This document shows positions 1 through 7,650 of a stretch of 13,916 nt of DNA, piece by piece. Positions within the stretch are counted from its first letter, which is position 1, and the number at the start of each line of letters is the position of its first letter. A program made the translations under genes and the position numbers. Location of the stretch: assembly GCA_028282745.1 (NCBI GenBank), contig JANQHJ010000025.1, positions 1 to 13,916 of the forward strand, given 5' to 3'. The notes below the pieces were generated by a model. It had not been told where the DNA came from. It was given only the letters and a program-made list of their open reading frames with translations, and made no database searches. Source of the DNA: Sedimentisphaerales bacterium (GTDB taxonomy: Bacteria; Planctomycetota; Phycisphaerae; Sedimentisphaerales; Anaerobacaceae).

Positions 1-427
1 TGCTTAGCAAACGCATCAGCTTTCCAGCTGACGGAAGCATTAACTTTCCACATAATATACTCAAAGACTACGACCAGATCATTCTGCACAAACGCTGTAT
101 TGATCCGTTCGAAGAACCGCGCATAGAACGGCTGCTCACTGAACTGCGGGCTAATGAGTTTATTCTCGTCGGCGCCAATGCTGAAGACTCAGTCGTCGCT
201 ACAGCACTTGGGCTGTTACAGCGCGGCAAAAAAGTTACCGTTGTTGTCGATGCCGTCGGCTCACACGATACCCGCGAAGCCACAATGGCACTTCGCAAGA
301 TGCAGGCCAAAGGTGCACATCTCGTCGAGACCAAAAAGCTTGCAGGCACCAGCCACCTCCATAAAGTTGGCATCTGCAACTGCGACCTCTGCGCAAACTA
401 TAAACCGGCTAAGATCAGCACGAATTA
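1..427 (+). CDS. isochorismatase-family (cysteine-hydrolase fold) protein, C-terminal fragment truncated at the window edge
   Basis: Open frame 3 from the window edge to TAA at 425-427. The translation ...EFILVGANAEDSVVATALGLLQRGKKVTVVVDAVGSHDTREATMALRKMQAKGAHLVETKKL... matches the isochorismatase/YcaC pattern (G-x-x-T-D-V-C-V...TA-x-DA...G-Y-x-V-x-V-V-x-DA-x-x-S ... ALxRM...GA). The nucleophile position reads Ser (EDSVV) where Cys is usual. There is a Cys-rich tail CNCDLCANYKP. The ORF-track entries 154..435(+) and 68..379(-) are in other frames and are not the gene. Confidence 0.55.
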
Positions 428-502
428 ATTATTAGTAGGTCGTCATGTTTTATATTTATCCAGTAATCCTGTTATCCTGTCTGTGTAAATCCATATCTAA
501 AA

Positions 503-534
503 GTCTGTGGTCTTGTGTCTGGGGTCTATAGTCC
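503..534 (+). repeat. tandem heptamer array GTCTGTG GTCTTGT GTCTGGG GTCTATA GTCC (GTCT at 7-bp phase, about 4.5 copies), 40-70 bp upstream of the ppdK -35
   Basis: Read directly from the sequence. GTCT recurs at 503, 510, 517, 524 and 531. A related CCTGT direct repeat lies at 466-485. Confidence 0.6.
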
Positions 535-574
535 CCGAAAATCCGCAAAATCAGCGATGAAAACAGCTTTATAG

Positions 575-603
575 TTGACATATAGCTGCTTCGGAGCTAT
601 ATT
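575..603 (+). promoter_or_regulatory. sigma70-type promoter for ppdK: TTGACA (575-580), 17-nt spacer, TATATT (598-603)
   Basis: Consensus -35 with a 5/6 -10 at optimal 17-nt spacing, about 110 nt upstream of the ppdK ATG. Confidence 0.5.
580..602. promoter_or_regulatory. perfect 8-bp inverted repeat ATATAGCT-N7-AGCTATAT filling the ppdK promoter spacer (operator-like)
   Basis: 580-587 ATATAGCT and 595-602 AGCTATAT are exact reverse complements. The dyad sits between the -35 and -10 and overlaps the -10. Confidence 0.5.
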
Positions 604-716
604 GACCGCCTTATTTGCGCAGCAGTTGATAAGGAGGCTATACCGGCCTCTTGTCAGATACGATGAAAAGTGAATTAAAAGCAAGAAAAACGCTATTACA
701 AAAGGAGAATCTTAAG

Positions 717-3437
717 ATGGCGAAAAAGGCTCAGAAGTATGTCTATTTCTTCGGCGGCGGCAAAGCCGAGGGTAATGCGACAATGAAGGAACTGCTCGGT
801 GGCAAAGGAGCTAACCTTGCAGAGATGACAAGTATCGGAATCCCGGTACCTCCGGGCTTTACGATCGCGACCAAAGTTTGCGACGATTACTATAAAAAGG
901 GCGGCAAGTGGCCAAAGGGTTTGGCAGAACAGATCGATGCTAATATTGCCAAGCTCGAAAAGGTAATGAAGGCCAAGTTCAACGATCCGAAGAAGCCGTT
1001 GTTAGTGAGTGTCCGAAGCGGCGCTGCTATCTCTATGCCGGGTATGATGAACACCGTTTTGAACCTCGGCCTCAACGACACAGTGATCGAAGGCATTATT
1101 AAGAAGACGGACAATGCAAGATTCGCTTATGATATTTATCGCAGGTTCATCGACATGTTCGGTGACGTTGTTATGGAATGTCATCATGAAAATTTCGAGC
1201 ATGAGATCGACAAGGCCAAGAAGAAAGCCGGCGTCAAGCTCGATAGCGACCTTTCAGCTGAGCAGCTCAAGGGCGTAGTCGAAGCTTACAAGAAGGTGTA
1301 CAAAAAGCACGTTGGCAAAATGTTCCCGCAGACCGCCAGGGAGCAACTGACCTTAGCTATCAATGCTGTTATCAAATCATGGATGGCACCGAGAGCTATC
1401 AAGTACCGCGAGCTGGAGAACATTACCGGCCTGCTCGGTACCGCTGTTAACGTCCAGGCTATGGTCTTCGGCAACATGGGCGAAGATTGCGGAACAGGCG
1501 TTTGCTTTACAAGAAACCCCAGTACCGGTAAGAAAGAATTCTACGGCGAGTTCCTGATGAACGCTCAGGGCGAAGATGTCGTTGCCGGTATTAGAACTCC
1601 TATCGAACTGAAGAAGCTCAACAGGGTTATGCCGAAGGCTTACAAGCAGCTTACCGGCCTGATGACCAGACTTGAGAAGCACTATAAAGACATGCAGGAC
1701 ATGGAATTCACCATCCAGGAAAAGGTCCTTTACATTCTCCAGACCCGTACCGGTAAGCGTACCGCCGAGGCCGCAGTTAAGTGTGCGGTCGATATGGTAA
1801 AGGAAAAGCTTATCACACAGAAGCAGGCGATCATGCGAGTCAATCCTGACCAGCTCGACCAGCTGCTTCACCCGCACTTCGACCCGAAAGCCAAACGTGA
1901 TGTCATCGCCACCGGCCTGCCCGCTTCACCGGGCGCCGGTGTGGGACAAGTTGTTTTTGATGCGGATACTGCTGAGGTCTGGAAGGCTAAAGGTAAGAAT
2001 GTTATTTTGACAAGGATCGAGACCAGCCCGGAAGATATCGGTGGTATGGACGCGGCTGTTGGTATTCTGACCGCTCGTGGTGGAATGACATCTCACGCCG
2101 CAGTGGTTGCTCGCGGAATGGGTACCTGCTGTGTAGCAGGTGTCGATGCTCTGCATATCAACTATAAGGCCAAGAAGATGACCGTCGGCAAGCTGACTAT
2201 CAAAGAGGGTGATATGATCAGTATCGACGGCTCGACCGGTCAGGTCATGAAGGGCAAATTAGCGACTATCGAACCGAAGCTCAGCGGAGCGTTCGGCGAA
2301 TATATGAAGATGTGCGATAAAATTCGCACTATGAACGTCCGCACAAATGCAGATACACCGCAGGATTCTAAAAGGGCACGTGATTTTGGTGCCGAGGGTA
2401 TCGGGCTTTGCCGGACCGAGCATATGTTCTTCGAAGGTGAACGAATCTGGCCTGTCCGTCAGATGATCCTGGCAGCTGATGATTATGCCAAAATGGTCGA
2501 GGAGATGGATGTGGTTGAGACAGCCAAGGAAAAGAAGGCTGTCGAGAAAATACACGCCGAATCGAAGAAGAAATTCGAGGGCGCGCTGAAGAAATTGCTG
2601 CCTTATCAGAGGAAAGACTTCGAGGGTATCTTCAAGGCGATGGCAGGGCTGCCGGTAACTATCAGGCTATTAGATCCACCGCTGCATGAGTTCCTTCCGC
2701 ATGATAAAGAGGCACAGGCTGAGACGGCAAAATGGCTGAAGGTGAGCCCGGCTGTGGTTAAGAAGATGGTAGCTCAGCTGCATGAGTTCAACCCGATGCT
2801 CGGGCATCGTGGATGCCGTTTGGCAGTGACCTATCCGCCGATTTACAGGATGCAGGCTCGTGCGATAATCGAGGCAGCATTGAAGGTTCGCAAGGGCGGT
2901 AAGAAGGTTCTGCCGGAGATTATGATCCCGCTGGTCGGTACTGTCGAAGAACTTAAGTTCGTTAAGAATGAGGTTGTCGATGAGATCCAGAAGGTATTCA
3001 AAGAGAAGAAATCGAAGATACCTTATATGGTCGGTACAATGATCGAGATACCAAGAGCGGCATTGACAGCTGATGAAGTTGCAACAGAGGCTGAGTTCTT
3101 CAGCTTTGGCACTAACGACCTTACCCAGATGGCTATGGGCTTCTCCCGTGACGATGCCGGTAAGTTCCTCGGTGAATATGTCAATAAGGGCATCTATGCG
3201 GCTGATCCGTTCCAGCAGCTCGATCAGAGTGGTGTTGGAAAGTTAGTTGAGATGGGCGTTAAGCTTGGCCGCAAGACCCGCAAGAAACTCAAATGCGGTA
3301 TCTGTGGTGAGCACGGCGGTGAGCCGAGCAGTATTGATTTCTGTCACAGGGCAGGTTTGGACTATGTTTCCTGCTCGCCGTTTAGAGTTCCTATCGCCAG
3401 GTTGGCGGCGGCTCAGGCGGCAGTGGTTAATAAATAA
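717..3437 (+). CDS. ppdK: pyruvate, phosphate dikinase (PPDK)
   Basis: The 906-aa product starts MAKKAQKYVYFFGGGKAEG (typical PPDK N-terminus). It carries the phospho-His motif GGMTSHAAVVARGMG, the PEP-utilizer TIM-barrel motifs GLCRTEHMF, FFSFGTNDLTQ and CGICGEHGGEPSS, and the C-terminal SCSPFRVPIARLAAAQA. SD AAGGAG lies at 702-707, 9 nt before ATG 717. The ORF-track start at 651 (TTG) is an in-frame upstream extension judged unlikely. Confidence 0.95.
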   Translation: MAKKAQKYVYFFGGGKAEGNATMKELLGGKGANLAEMTSIGIPVPPGFTIATKVCDDYYKKGGKWPKGLAEQIDANIAKLEKVMKAKFNDPKKPLLVSVRSGAAISMPGMMNTVLNLGLNDTVIEGIIKKTDNARFAYDIYRRFIDMFGDVVMECHHENFEHEIDKAKKKAGVKLDSDLSAEQLKGVVEAYKKVYKKHVGKMFPQTAREQLTLAINAVIKSWMAPRAIKYRELENITGLLGTAVNVQAMVFGNMGEDCGTGVCFTRNPSTGKKEFYGEFLMNAQGEDVVAGIRTPIELKKLNRVMPKAYKQLTGLMTRLEKHYKDMQDMEFTIQEKVLYILQTRTGKRTAEAAVKCAVDMVKEKLITQKQAIMRVNPDQLDQLLHPHFDPKAKRDVIATGLPASPGAGVGQVVFDADTAEVWKAKGKNVILTRIETSPEDIGGMDAAVGILTARGGMTSHAAVVARGMGTCCVAGVDALHINYKAKKMTVGKLTIKEGDMISIDGSTGQVMKGKLATIEPKLSGAFGEYMKMCDKIRTMNVRTNADTPQDSKRARDFGAEGIGLCRTEHMFFEGERIWPVRQMILAADDYAKMVEEMDVVETAKEKKAVEKIHAESKKKFEGALKKLLPYQRKDFEGIFKAMAGLPVTIRLLDPPLHEFLPHDKEAQAETAKWLKVSPAVVKKMVAQLHEFNPMLGHRGCRLAVTYPPIYRMQARAIIEAALKVRKGGKKVLPEIMIPLVGTVEELKFVKNEVVDEIQKVFKEKKSKIPYMVGTMIEIPRAALTADEVATEAEFFSFGTNDLTQMAMGFSRDDAGKFLGEYVNKGIYAADPFQQLDQSGVGKLVEMGVKLGRKTRKKLKCGICGEHGGEPSSIDFCHRAGLDYVSCSPFRVPIARLAAAQAAVVNK

Positions 3438-3438
3438 A

Positions 3439-3466
3439 ACAGAAGTCAGAATTCAGAAGTCAGAAT
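3439..3466 (+). repeat. tandem repeat ACAGAAG TCAGAAT TCAGAAG TCAGAAT (4 x 7 nt, or 2 x 13-14 nt) between the ppdK stop and its terminator
   Basis: Exact 13-mer CAGAAGTCAGAAT at 3440-3452 and again at 3454-3466. Confidence 0.7.
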
Positions 3467-3472
3467 ATAGGA

Positions 3473-3509
3473 AGGCGCGGTTTAGGTACTTCGACCGCGT
3501 CTTTTTTTT
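3473..3509 (+). terminator. rho-independent terminator of ppdK
   Basis: 9-bp stem AGGCGCGGT (3473-3481) / ACCGCGTCT (3494-3502) with one G-U pair and a 12-nt loop, followed by T8 (3502-3509). Confidence 0.8.
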
Positions 3510-3565
3510 GTTGTTCCATTTTCAATACCATCGGTGAAAAAGTGGTGGATGGAAATATTGGGGTC

Positions 3566-6433
3566 TTAAATTTGTTTTACTACAACATTGTCAAAGTAAC
3601 AGGTATAGCTCCACAGCATTCCCAATCCGAATCTGCCGTTTGTCAAAGGATTGGGATCAGTAACCGTGTCAACATGCTCATTTTCTATATAAAGCGATAT
3701 TGTATCACCTGAAATGGCGAGTTTGATATGGCAGACGGAAGGAATGAATATCTTACCATTAGCATTTGAATCAATAAGAGTTGAGCCGGTACCTTGCTGA
3801 TATTTATGTATCGCATAGCGGTTGGGGTACTGACTGTGGTCATGCTGAAATATCTCAATTCTATATTCATCCTGCCAATGCCCTGTGCTTCTAAGGACAA
3901 ATTCACAGTTTCCACTGGTCATATCTACATCTGCTTCAACGGAATAGTCCATCCAAGACTGGTCGCCAGAGTATATCCAGCCATCCTTTTGATGGCCGGC
4001 TCCAACACCTTTAAGCTTTCCGTTTTCGATAGCCCATGAGCCTTCGTTTATTTCCCAAAGAGTAAGGCTACCGCTTCCAAAATCATCTGCCAATAAAATA
4101 AAGCCTGACAGCCAATTATAAGCCATGACCGTAATATCATCAAAACCGATGAAGTCGTCACCATTAATATCTCTTCCTTCACAACATGAACCGTAACAGT
4201 CGCAGCCAGTATCCAGCCATCTTTCAGCCAGCATCGCAAAATCCTTAAAGTTTACAAGCCCGCTGTCATCGAAATCAGGATTACCGGGGCAAATGCCTCG
4301 TTCATAGGCCCCCATGTCAACAGTTGCTGTAAAGTCTTTGTTATTATCCAAAAGACGTGGATGACCAGCGGCATCCAGTGGGACAGGTTCGGTTTTATCG
4401 TCATCATCATCGATGTCATAAATGTCTGCCAGCAGATATGAATTATTGCCTATCTCGATACAAGGTGAGCCGAAGGCAAGTTTAGTATCTCCAATACAAT
4501 CATCGGCTGTATTCCACTGGCCATCCGGGCCGGGATTCGGGTCTGTGACAAATAAGGGGTTGTTGTCAATATTAAAATTCAGCATACCGCTGAATGGTAG
4601 ATTTCCGTCATCGGGCATTTCATCCTGGATACAACTGTAATAAACAACAGGTGTATAGCCGAAAATTTGAGAATGTTCGCTTATTGGATTAATATCGGTA
4701 TTGCCCCAAAAGACGCAGTTTCTTATCGTGGCCAGACTGGAATAGCTGGTAGAGTCACTATTGAACATCCCCCCGCCATAAAGGCCGGCAATATTGCCTG
4801 AAAATGTGCAGTTGATAAATTCCGGTTCGCTGTCCCAGTTATAGACACCGCCTCCAGCTTTTATTGCAGTATTGCATTTGAATTCACAATTGATAAATTC
4901 AGGTTCAGCGTTTTCGTTATATACAGCTCCGCCGCTGCCTCCTATACCGCTTGAATTAACATTGCATACATTCAATAAGAATTTAGAATTAACGACAGTC
5001 GTATTGCTGTTTTGGTTATATAAAGCTGCTCCGCCGTAGATGGCAGCATAGTTGTTTCTAACCAGGCAGTTTACTATAGAAGAGCTGCTTTGGGTGCAGT
5101 ATATCCCAGATCCCATTTCCGCCGCATTAGAAGTTATGATGCAGTTTTTGATATGAGCTTGTGAATTGTCCATGAATATACCGGCTCCTTTATTGTTAGG
5201 ATCGGATTTATTAGCAAAGCCAGATTCAATTACAAATCCGTCAAGTAGAGTATTGGCATCGCAATTGTTCATAGTAACGACGTGAAGACTGTTGTCGTTT
5301 GGGTCACCGGGAACATTTATATCACCGCTTAGAGTTGTTACATAAACTTCCGGTTCCCGTATGTTTGGATCACCGCCATGTGTGGGGAAGCCGCCATAAA
5401 CCTTAACGCCGTTAGGAATGCTAAAAGTATCGACCCGATCATCACTTCCTGTTGGGTGAGCCCAACTTGTGTCAGGATAGTATTTGTTGTTAAGCGCTGG
5501 TGCAGCGACATGAATTTCATCGCCATATTCTGCTTCCAGCAATGCATCCCGTAAGAAGTAATATGCCGTCTGCCAACTGTTTCCGTTGGGCTCTGCGGCG
5601 GTGCCGGCATGGTCAACATAGATTGTAGTCGGTATCCTTTCAGAAACGCTTTTGGTAAATTCAGTAGAGTCGATAACCTCGTTCCAGCTTAAATAGATTT
5701 GGTCGTTAACTACTTGCGCGGTTAGATTTGCCGGAGGAGGTGAAAGACTATCAAGCATCTGTAAACTGACTGGTGAAGCATTTGTTGTAAGTAGAACAAC
5801 AAAATCCTGCTGAGGAATATGATTTTTACGTTTGCCCGCAAGTTCTGCATAAACTTCCAGCATGTCATCAGTAAGGTCGTCATACTGATATACATTTAAA
5901 AGTGATCGTTGATAGATTTCATGTAGAGCAGGTTCATCTGTTGCTACCGTTATATCGTATTCCAGATTTTCCTCAAGTATCTGATCGGGAGCCGGCGCAA
6001 TATCATCATCAATAAGGCGGCATCTAAAATCGTATACCGGTTTTGGAATTGCTGAACTGCTACCTTTAACATATATTTCCCTTTGGAAAGTTGTTTTCCA
6101 TGAGACATTCTTTTTTGTTTTAAGCGGGCAGGTTAAGATCATATATGTATCATCACCTATATAATCATTTCCGCCGAAATCGACCCTTACCTGCTGTGCC
6201 GATATTGCCCTGACCCAGTAATAATATCTTGTGCCTGGCTGGGCGTCGGCATCTGTCCAGTTGGGCTCGGTTCGCCATTTTTCAATAGGTTCTGCCAAAG
6301 TGATATCATTGCTTTCGCTTCGCCATATTTCATAATATATTGAATTGTCGGCTTTTAACCGTGTGGTGAATAGGACGATCAGGGTTAGTGTTGCTGTTAA
6401 TACTGCTTTTGGTTTTTTGTTTCCTTTCTTCAT
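3566..6433 (-). CDS. secreted multidomain protein: signal peptide, DUF1565/pectate-lyase-like right-handed parallel beta-helix, dockerin-like Ca-binding pair, DUF1080/LamG-like (concanavalin-fold) C-terminal domain
   Basis: Start moved to ATG at 6433 (MKKGNKKPKAVLTATLTLIVLFTTRLKA signal peptide; GAAGG SD 7 nt upstream) rather than the track start at 6562. Motif YVDHAGTAAEPNGNSWQTAYYFLRDALLEAEYGDEIHVAAP...VKVYGGF...TTLSGD is typical of DUF1565-type beta-helix proteins. Repeated NCxFxxNxAxxGGG(V/I)Y beta-helix rungs are present, as is the DIDDDDD linker. GNPDFDDSGLVNFKDFAMLAERW plus DINGDDFIGFDDITVMAYNWL is a dockerin-type pair. The last ~170 aa (W..ENGKLKG...W.DY.VEADV...) resemble DUF1080/LamG. 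Confidence 0.85.
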   Translation of the reverse strand: MKKGNKKPKAVLTATLTLIVLFTTRLKADNSIYYEIWRSESNDITLAEPIEKWRTEPNWTDADAQPGTRYYYWVRAISAQQVRVDFGGNDYIGDDTYMILTCPLKTKKNVSWKTTFQREIYVKGSSSAIPKPVYDFRCRLIDDDIAPAPDQILEENLEYDITVATDEPALHEIYQRSLLNVYQYDDLTDDMLEVYAELAGKRKNHIPQQDFVVLLTTNASPVSLQMLDSLSPPPANLTAQVVNDQIYLSWNEVIDSTEFTKSVSERIPTTIYVDHAGTAAEPNGNSWQTAYYFLRDALLEAEYGDEIHVAAPALNNKYYPDTSWAHPTGSDDRVDTFSIPNGVKVYGGFPTHGGDPNIREPEVYVTTLSGDINVPGDPNDNSLHVVTMNNCDANTLLDGFVIESGFANKSDPNNKGAGIFMDNSQAHIKNCIITSNAAEMGSGIYCTQSSSSIVNCLVRNNYAAIYGGAALYNQNSNTTVVNSKFLLNVCNVNSSGIGGSGGAVYNENAEPEFINCEFKCNTAIKAGGGVYNWDSEPEFINCTFSGNIAGLYGGGMFNSDSTSYSSLATIRNCVFWGNTDINPISEHSQIFGYTPVVYYSCIQDEMPDDGNLPFSGMLNFNIDNNPLFVTDPNPGPDGQWNTADDCIGDTKLAFGSPCIEIGNNSYLLADIYDIDDDDDKTEPVPLDAAGHPRLLDNNKDFTATVDMGAYERGICPGNPDFDDSGLVNFKDFAMLAERWLDTGCDCYGSCCEGRDINGDDFIGFDDITVMAYNWLSGFILLADDFGSGSLTLWEINEGSWAIENGKLKGVGAGHQKDGWIYSGDQSWMDYSVEADVDMTSGNCEFVLRSTGHWQDEYRIEIFQHDHSQYPNRYAIHKYQQGTGSTLIDSNANGKIFIPSVCHIKLAISGDTISLYIENEHVDTVTDPNPLTNGRFGLGMLWSYTCYFDNVVVKQI

Positions 6434-6860
6434 GTTTACCTTCTCGCTAAGGTTAATAGAAATTAAGCGCATAAAAATGGACACTGCTACATCGTGCTCG
6501 TCTCGGGCCCGGCAAGGCCCAACTCGCAACACGCAAGCAGTGCCCGTTTCGCCAAGAGACAAACAGGCACCGACTTACTTACGTTTGCGAGTTTTCAAAT
6601 TTGCCGGTTTGAGACAAAACGCAATAAGTTCAACACAAGTGCTTCTTATTCAGTTTTTAAAGGTTTGTCAAATTACCTTTTTATAAATTAAACTATCATC
6701 TTTTATGGGTTTTCGTAACAGCAAATTTTAGAAATTATAACAGGAACCGGCCTTGATTTCAAGAATTTTGCATTTCCAGACAGTGGTGACACCCCTTTGA
6801 TTTTACAAAAAACGTTTTTCAGTCGATATTTAAGTTTTTTTCGACTTTGCGGTGAAAGTG

Positions 6861-6894
6861 AAAAACGGGGCCTGCCTGAGATGTTTGCCAGGCC
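6861..6894 (-). terminator. possible minus-strand terminator downstream of the 169-aa ORF
   Basis: Hairpin GGCCTG (6869-6874) / CAGGCC (6889-6894). On the minus strand it is followed by CCCGTTTTTCAC (plus-strand A5 at 6861-6865). Short stem and short T-run, so weak. Confidence 0.3.
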
Positions 6895-6914
6895 TTGTTC
6901 TTCAAATGAGTATT

Positions 6915-7424
6915 TTACGTTGTGCAAAGTGATGGTATCGTAGTGTAATTATCTATGTCACAGACCAATCTTCCAAGGGGTAAAATCCGTTCGAATCTTT
7001 GGGATACTGGTATTGCGTTTATGATGAAAAGGCCGGCGACGGCGTGTTTATAAGTGTCATCAATGTGGGGCAGTGCACATCTGCCGATATCGAGGGCGGA
7101 TTCGTAAATGGAAGTATCTTTGCGAGACTTTTTTGCAAGTGCATAGGCTAAATCGAACTTGCTTTTTAACATGCACCTTGTGAATGATTTGGGCTTGCTG
7201 CTGTCGGCGTTAATCTCGTCACGGTAAACGTGGGTATAGAATTTTATGATGTGGCTCAGCGGGATGGGCTTTTGGGTATGGCTGGACCATGGCATGAAGG
7301 AGAGCGATGTGAAGTGGATCCAGAAGGCTTCGGGCAGGGTGAATCCGAAATTAACGAGTTGGTCAGTGTGATGGCGATAAGTGTCGTACAGGCAGTCAAC
7401 AGCGTCAGAAAGATGGCTTACCAT
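6915..7424 (-). CDS. hypothetical protein (169 aa), no recognisable family
   Basis: Longest ORF in the region, divergent from the HPr-domain gene. No motif recognised. The competing plus-strand ORF 7230..7556 is shorter and reads as typical antisense. Confidence 0.35.
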   Translation of the reverse strand: MVSHLSDAVDCLYDTYRHHTDQLVNFGFTLPEAFWIHFTSLSFMPWSSHTQKPIPLSHIIKFYTHVYRDEINADSSKPKSFTRCMLKSKFDLAYALAKKSRKDTSIYESALDIGRCALPHIDDTYKHAVAGLFIINAIPVSQRFERILPLGRLVCDIDNYTTIPSLCTT

Positions 7425-7562
7425 AATCGAAATTCCTTTATTGTCATGTATTTAATCACTACAAGTTCATTTATAGTGTTGCAGTTTGAGCTTACTATTA
7501 GGGAATTGTTATTTTATTGTTTGTGTGAGTATGGGATTATTGGGATAAAAGCGTAAGAAAGC

Positions 7563-7591
7563 TCGACTTATGGAAAAGTATGCTGTATAAT
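7563..7591 (+). promoter_or_regulatory. candidate promoter for the HPr-domain gene: TCGACT, 17-nt spacer, extended -10 TGTATAAT
   Basis: 7563-7568 TCGACT, 17-nt spacer, TG at 7584-7585, TATAAT at 7586-7591. Lies about 60 nt upstream of the start codon in an AT-rich divergent intergenic region. Confidence 0.4.
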
Positions 7592-7650
7592 ATTGGTTTT
7601 TTAAGAAATACGTAAATATGTTCTCAGCTAATTCGTGAAATTGAGTAGAA

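Noticed and set aside
68-435. Track ORFs 68..379(-) and 154..435(+) at the left edge
   Set aside because: The frame-3 translation that runs open from the window edge to 427 carries the isochorismatase-family signature. These two are alternative frames of the same DNA.
651-716. In-frame upstream TTG (651) / ATG (663) extension of ppdK (MSDTMKSELKARKTLLQKENLK...), with an AAGGAGG at 631-637
   Set aside because: PPDK homologues begin at the MAKK...YVY motif, which has its own well-spaced SD (702-707). The extension is Lys-rich low-complexity sequence. Kept only as an alternative start.
890-2555. Several antisense or out-of-frame ORFs inside ppdK (890..1114-, 1002..1202-, 1286..1477-, 1363..1557+, 1377..1877-, 1926..2156-, 2259..2555-)
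   Set aside because: They lie entirely within the high-confidence ppdK coding region and have no motifs. Antisense frames of a GC-moderate gene commonly stay open.
3247-3537. 96-aa plus-strand ORF overlapping the ppdK 3' end and its terminator
   Set aside because: Out of frame with ppdK, spans the terminator hairpin, and is Arg/Ser-rich in a way typical of spurious frames.
3685-5619. Small ORFs inside or antisense to the beta-helix gene (3685..3915-, 3794..4039+, 4048..4239-, 4422..4640+, 5338..5619-)
   Set aside because: Embedded in a 955-aa gene with coherent domain architecture.
6345-6927. ORFs 6345..6686(+), 6494..6691(+) and 6703..6927(-) in the region between the beta-helix gene and the 169-aa ORF
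   Set aside because: They overlap the structured leader and terminator, have no SD, and have arbitrary composition. The region is better explained as 5' UTR and promoter.
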